Made by a program: the position numbers and the translations under genes. A stretch of DNA of 64,000 nucleotides from Selaginella moellendorffii (Eukaryota; Plantae; Lycopodiophyta): NCBI RefSeq assembly GCF_000143415.4, contig NW_003314280.1, positions 124,001 to 188,000 of the forward strand. Reading direction: 5' to 3'. The notes beneath the pieces are model-generated. The model ran no database searches. It had not been told where the DNA came from and saw only the letters and a program-made list of their open reading frames with translations. Within the stretch, counting starts at the first letter, position 1; every line of letters starts with the position of its first letter. Positions 61,663-64,000 of the stretch are shown piece by piece.

Positions 61663-63651
61663 ATGGAAGTGAAAGCGCTTGTGCTGGCATCCCTGCTAAG
61701 TTTTCTTCGTCTTGCTGCGGGACAGAGCTTTACACTGAGCTCAGCATCCTTCAATTCAGAGGAGCGTGGTTATTTAAGTTCAGGGGATGCCACTTACGAG
61801 CCGTCGTGCGGCTGTGTGCACCTGACAACAAGCGAGTGGAATCAACAGCCTGTCAACTCTTCCGGCCGGATCGTCTACAGGCACCCCTTTGATTTTCGTG
61901 ACGACTCGCTGCGCGGCGTGGCCTCTTTCAACACCTCTTTCACTTTCCAGATCGTGCGAGTTTTTGAGGATGGCAACTCTGGGATTGGACCTGGGGCCGG
62001 AATGGCGTTTATGCTGGTTCCTGAAGCAAACATGAGGCTACCGAAAAACAGCTATGGGTTTTACATGGGGCTTTTGAACGAAACCATGCAAGGAAACAAC
62101 TCGACGCATATGCTAGCTGTGGAATTTGACGATGTGCTCAACACAGATGTTGGAGACCCCAGCGCAAGTCACGCAGGGGTGGATATCAACAGCGTCATCT
62201 CGGTCGCCACTGCCAACTTGACAGGAGAGTTCAACCTGACGGCAAACTATACGCTGACTGCTTGGATTGAATACGACGCTACGACGGACTGCCTGGAAGT
62301 TAGGATGGCAAGGAACAGTACGGAAAGGCCGCGCGAGTTCCTCCTCAGGACGAACTTCAGCTCCCGGGGCTGGAAACTGTCGGGTGTATTGAATCAAGAG
62401 CGGATGTACGTGGGGTTTTCGGCAGCAACGGGGCAGGATTGCTTCCAGTTTCACAGGCTGTATGCCTGGAATTTTACAATGTCCCGGGTGACGAAGTGCA
62501 ATGGCGTGGACTGTCCAGTGGTGAAGGTTCTGGTCGCGCTTTCGGTGGCTCTTGCTCTGGCCTTGATGGTGGCACTTGCCATGGTTGTGGTCTTTCGACG
62601 TACCAAAAAGATCGCCTACACCATTCACATGCCAGAGTCCGTTGGCATCACTCGGTTCTCATTCAAGGAGCTTCGGTCTGCCACCAGAGGATTCTCCAAA
62701 AAGCTGCTGCTGGGCCGCGGAGGTTTTGCCAGCGTCTACAAGGGCACTCTAAAGGATAGAACCGCGGTCGCGATCAAGTATTTGAACAGGGACAAGGCGG
62801 AAGCAGACTCGGAAAACAGCATCGCACAGTTTGTCGCGGAGATACGAGTGATTGGTCAGCTCCGGCACCGGAATCTCGTGGGACTCAAGGGATTCTGCTT
62901 CGAGAGAGCAAAGTTTTGCCTCGTCTACGAGTACATGCCAAATAGGAGCTTGGACAAGCACCTGTTTGATCCGAAGGGCAAGCTGGAGTGGCATCAGAGG
63001 CTGGCTATCTTGAGAGGAGTAGCGGAAGGTCTGGCATTTCTTCACGAAGGGTGGCAACAGCGCGTTCTCCATCGAGACGTCAAGGCAGCCAATGTTCTAC
63101 TAGACGCATCTTTTGGTGCCAAGCTGGGGGACTTTGGCTTCTCCAAGCTGGTAGATCACGGAACGGGCAGCTGGTACATGACAGCAGTGGGAACAACGGG
63201 ATACATGGCACCGGAGCTCTACACTGGAAGAGCAACCGAAAGAAGCGACGTCTACAGTTTTGGGATCCTGGCTCTGGAAGTGGTGAGCGGCCGACGAGCT
63301 ACGTCGCTGAGCAAAGACAAGAACGACGAGGACAGCGTGCTACTTGACTGGGTGCGGGAGTTGGCTTGCGATGGGCGGGACATGGAAGCCGTGGATCCCA
63401 GGCTCCATGAAGCAGCAGCAAGAGCGGAGGACATAGTTCGCGCAATTCGCCTGGGACTACACTGCTGTCAGCTGGAGGCGTATAAGCGGCCAACCATGCG
63501 GGCGTGCTGCCAACTTTTGCAGTCGAATGCTGCGTGCCTGGAAGCGCCTCCGATGCCAGCCATTGTTTCCAGCCCTTCCGTCAGAGGCTTGAGCCTCGAC
63601 GGCAGCGGCGAAGGCTTCAACGTCGATGATGATGCAAATCACTCGTCATGA
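61663..63651 (+). CDS. L-type (legume) lectin receptor-like kinase, intronless
   Basis: Signal peptide MEVKALVLASLLSFLRLAAG; lectin SFNTSFTF, GMAFML, LAVEFD, HAGVDINS, AWIEYD, MYVGFSAATG; TM; kinase LGRGGFASVYKG, HRDVKAANVLL, DFG, GYMAPE. Confidence 0.96.
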   Translation: MEVKALVLASLLSFLRLAAGQSFTLSSASFNSEERGYLSSGDATYEPSCGCVHLTTSEWNQQPVNSSGRIVYRHPFDFRDDSLRGVASFNTSFTFQIVRVFEDGNSGIGPGAGMAFMLVPEANMRLPKNSYGFYMGLLNETMQGNNSTHMLAVEFDDVLNTDVGDPSASHAGVDINSVISVATANLTGEFNLTANYTLTAWIEYDATTDCLEVRMARNSTERPREFLLRTNFSSRGWKLSGVLNQERMYVGFSAATGQDCFQFHRLYAWNFTMSRVTKCNGVDCPVVKVLVALSVALALALMVALAMVVVFRRTKKIAYTIHMPESVGITRFSFKELRSATRGFSKKLLLGRGGFASVYKGTLKDRTAVAIKYLNRDKAEADSENSIAQFVAEIRVIGQLRHRNLVGLKGFCFERAKFCLVYEYMPNRSLDKHLFDPKGKLEWHQRLAILRGVAEGLAFLHEGWQQRVLHRDVKAANVLLDASFGAKLGDFGFSKLVDHGTGSWYMTAVGTTGYMAPELYTGRATERSDVYSFGILALEVVSGRRATSLSKDKNDEDSVLLDWVRELACDGRDMEAVDPRLHEAAARAEDIVRAIRLGLHCCQLEAYKRPTMRACCQLLQSNAACLEAPPMPAIVSSPSVRGLSLDGSGEGFNVDDDANHSS

Positions 63652-64000
63652 GCTGTTTAGATCTGAATCCGGCTGCTCGGAAGATGTGTTTTGGACGACG
63701 CCGCTGAGTGATGAACAGTGAGCATTTGTCGCGTTTGAGAGGCTTCTTCTTACCTGGCAAGGGGTTGTATTGCTCGCCGTAATCACAGGGACGGCTATGG
63801 CCTCGCCAATGCAAGCCGCCAAGATGCCATGTCTGCTGTGGAGTAGCTGGACAACCTTGCATTCGCGCGCACAAGAGAAGCAGCAATGGCGTTCTTGGAG
63901 AAGCCAGAAGAGCTTTCGGCCCAAAGTGCTGGAGGTTAGCAACCGCTTGTCAGCCTCACTGATATCTCCTTGCCAAGGCCAGCCACTGTTTTGCTTGATA
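63646..64000 (-). CDS. 3' end of an unidentified gene continuing off the right edge
   Basis: Open frame IKQNSGWPWQGDISEADKRLLTSSTLGRKLFWLLQE...VVQLLHSRHGILAACIGEAIAVPV with candidate short introns; family not recognised. Confidence 0.4.
   Translation of the reverse strand, partial: IKQNSGWPWQGDISEADKRLLTSSTLGRKLFWLLQERHCCFSCARECKVVQLLHSRHGILAACIGEAIAVPVITASNTTPCQVRRSLSNATNAHCSSLSGVVQNTSSEQPDSDLNSS

Overview
Eukaryotic land-plant nuclear DNA, most likely a lycophyte such as Selaginella. This is inferred from the 45-60 nt GT-AG introns, extreme gene density, a PLS-type PPR gene, a nuclear maturase and a ciliary DNAAF5-like remnant. The window has two sharply different halves. (1) 1-~27,000 is an AT-rich transposon graveyard decayed by C->T mutation. 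It holds Ty3/Gypsy gag-protease remnants and LTRs, and a ~6.5 kb segment bounded by ~125 bp inverted repeats that contains captured gene fragments (SET-domain, UBA2c-like), a deleted hAT and a Helitron Rep/helicase pseudogene. It also holds RPA70-like, F-box/Kelch and DNAAF5-like pseudogenes, a 794-nt assembly gap, and a complete Cassandra-type TRIM with 5S-rRNA-derived LTRs and a 5-bp TSD. (2) ~27,800-64,000 is a GC-rich, ultra-compact gene block: TAF15, an unknown gene, SWC6/SEF, THIM, UPF3, C53/CDK5RAP3, CUL4, hexokinase, HAL3/PPCDC, GNAT10-like, HPGT-like, a PPR, a LINE remnant, bHLH IVb, LOG, a nuclear maturase, SLY1, YebC/TACO1-like, PEX10, a LecRK and the 3' end of an unidentified gene. 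In this block, divergent start codons lie as close as 20 nt and convergent CDSs overlap. Gene identities come from motif recognition by eye; no searches were run. Multi-exon CDS coordinates are gene spans.
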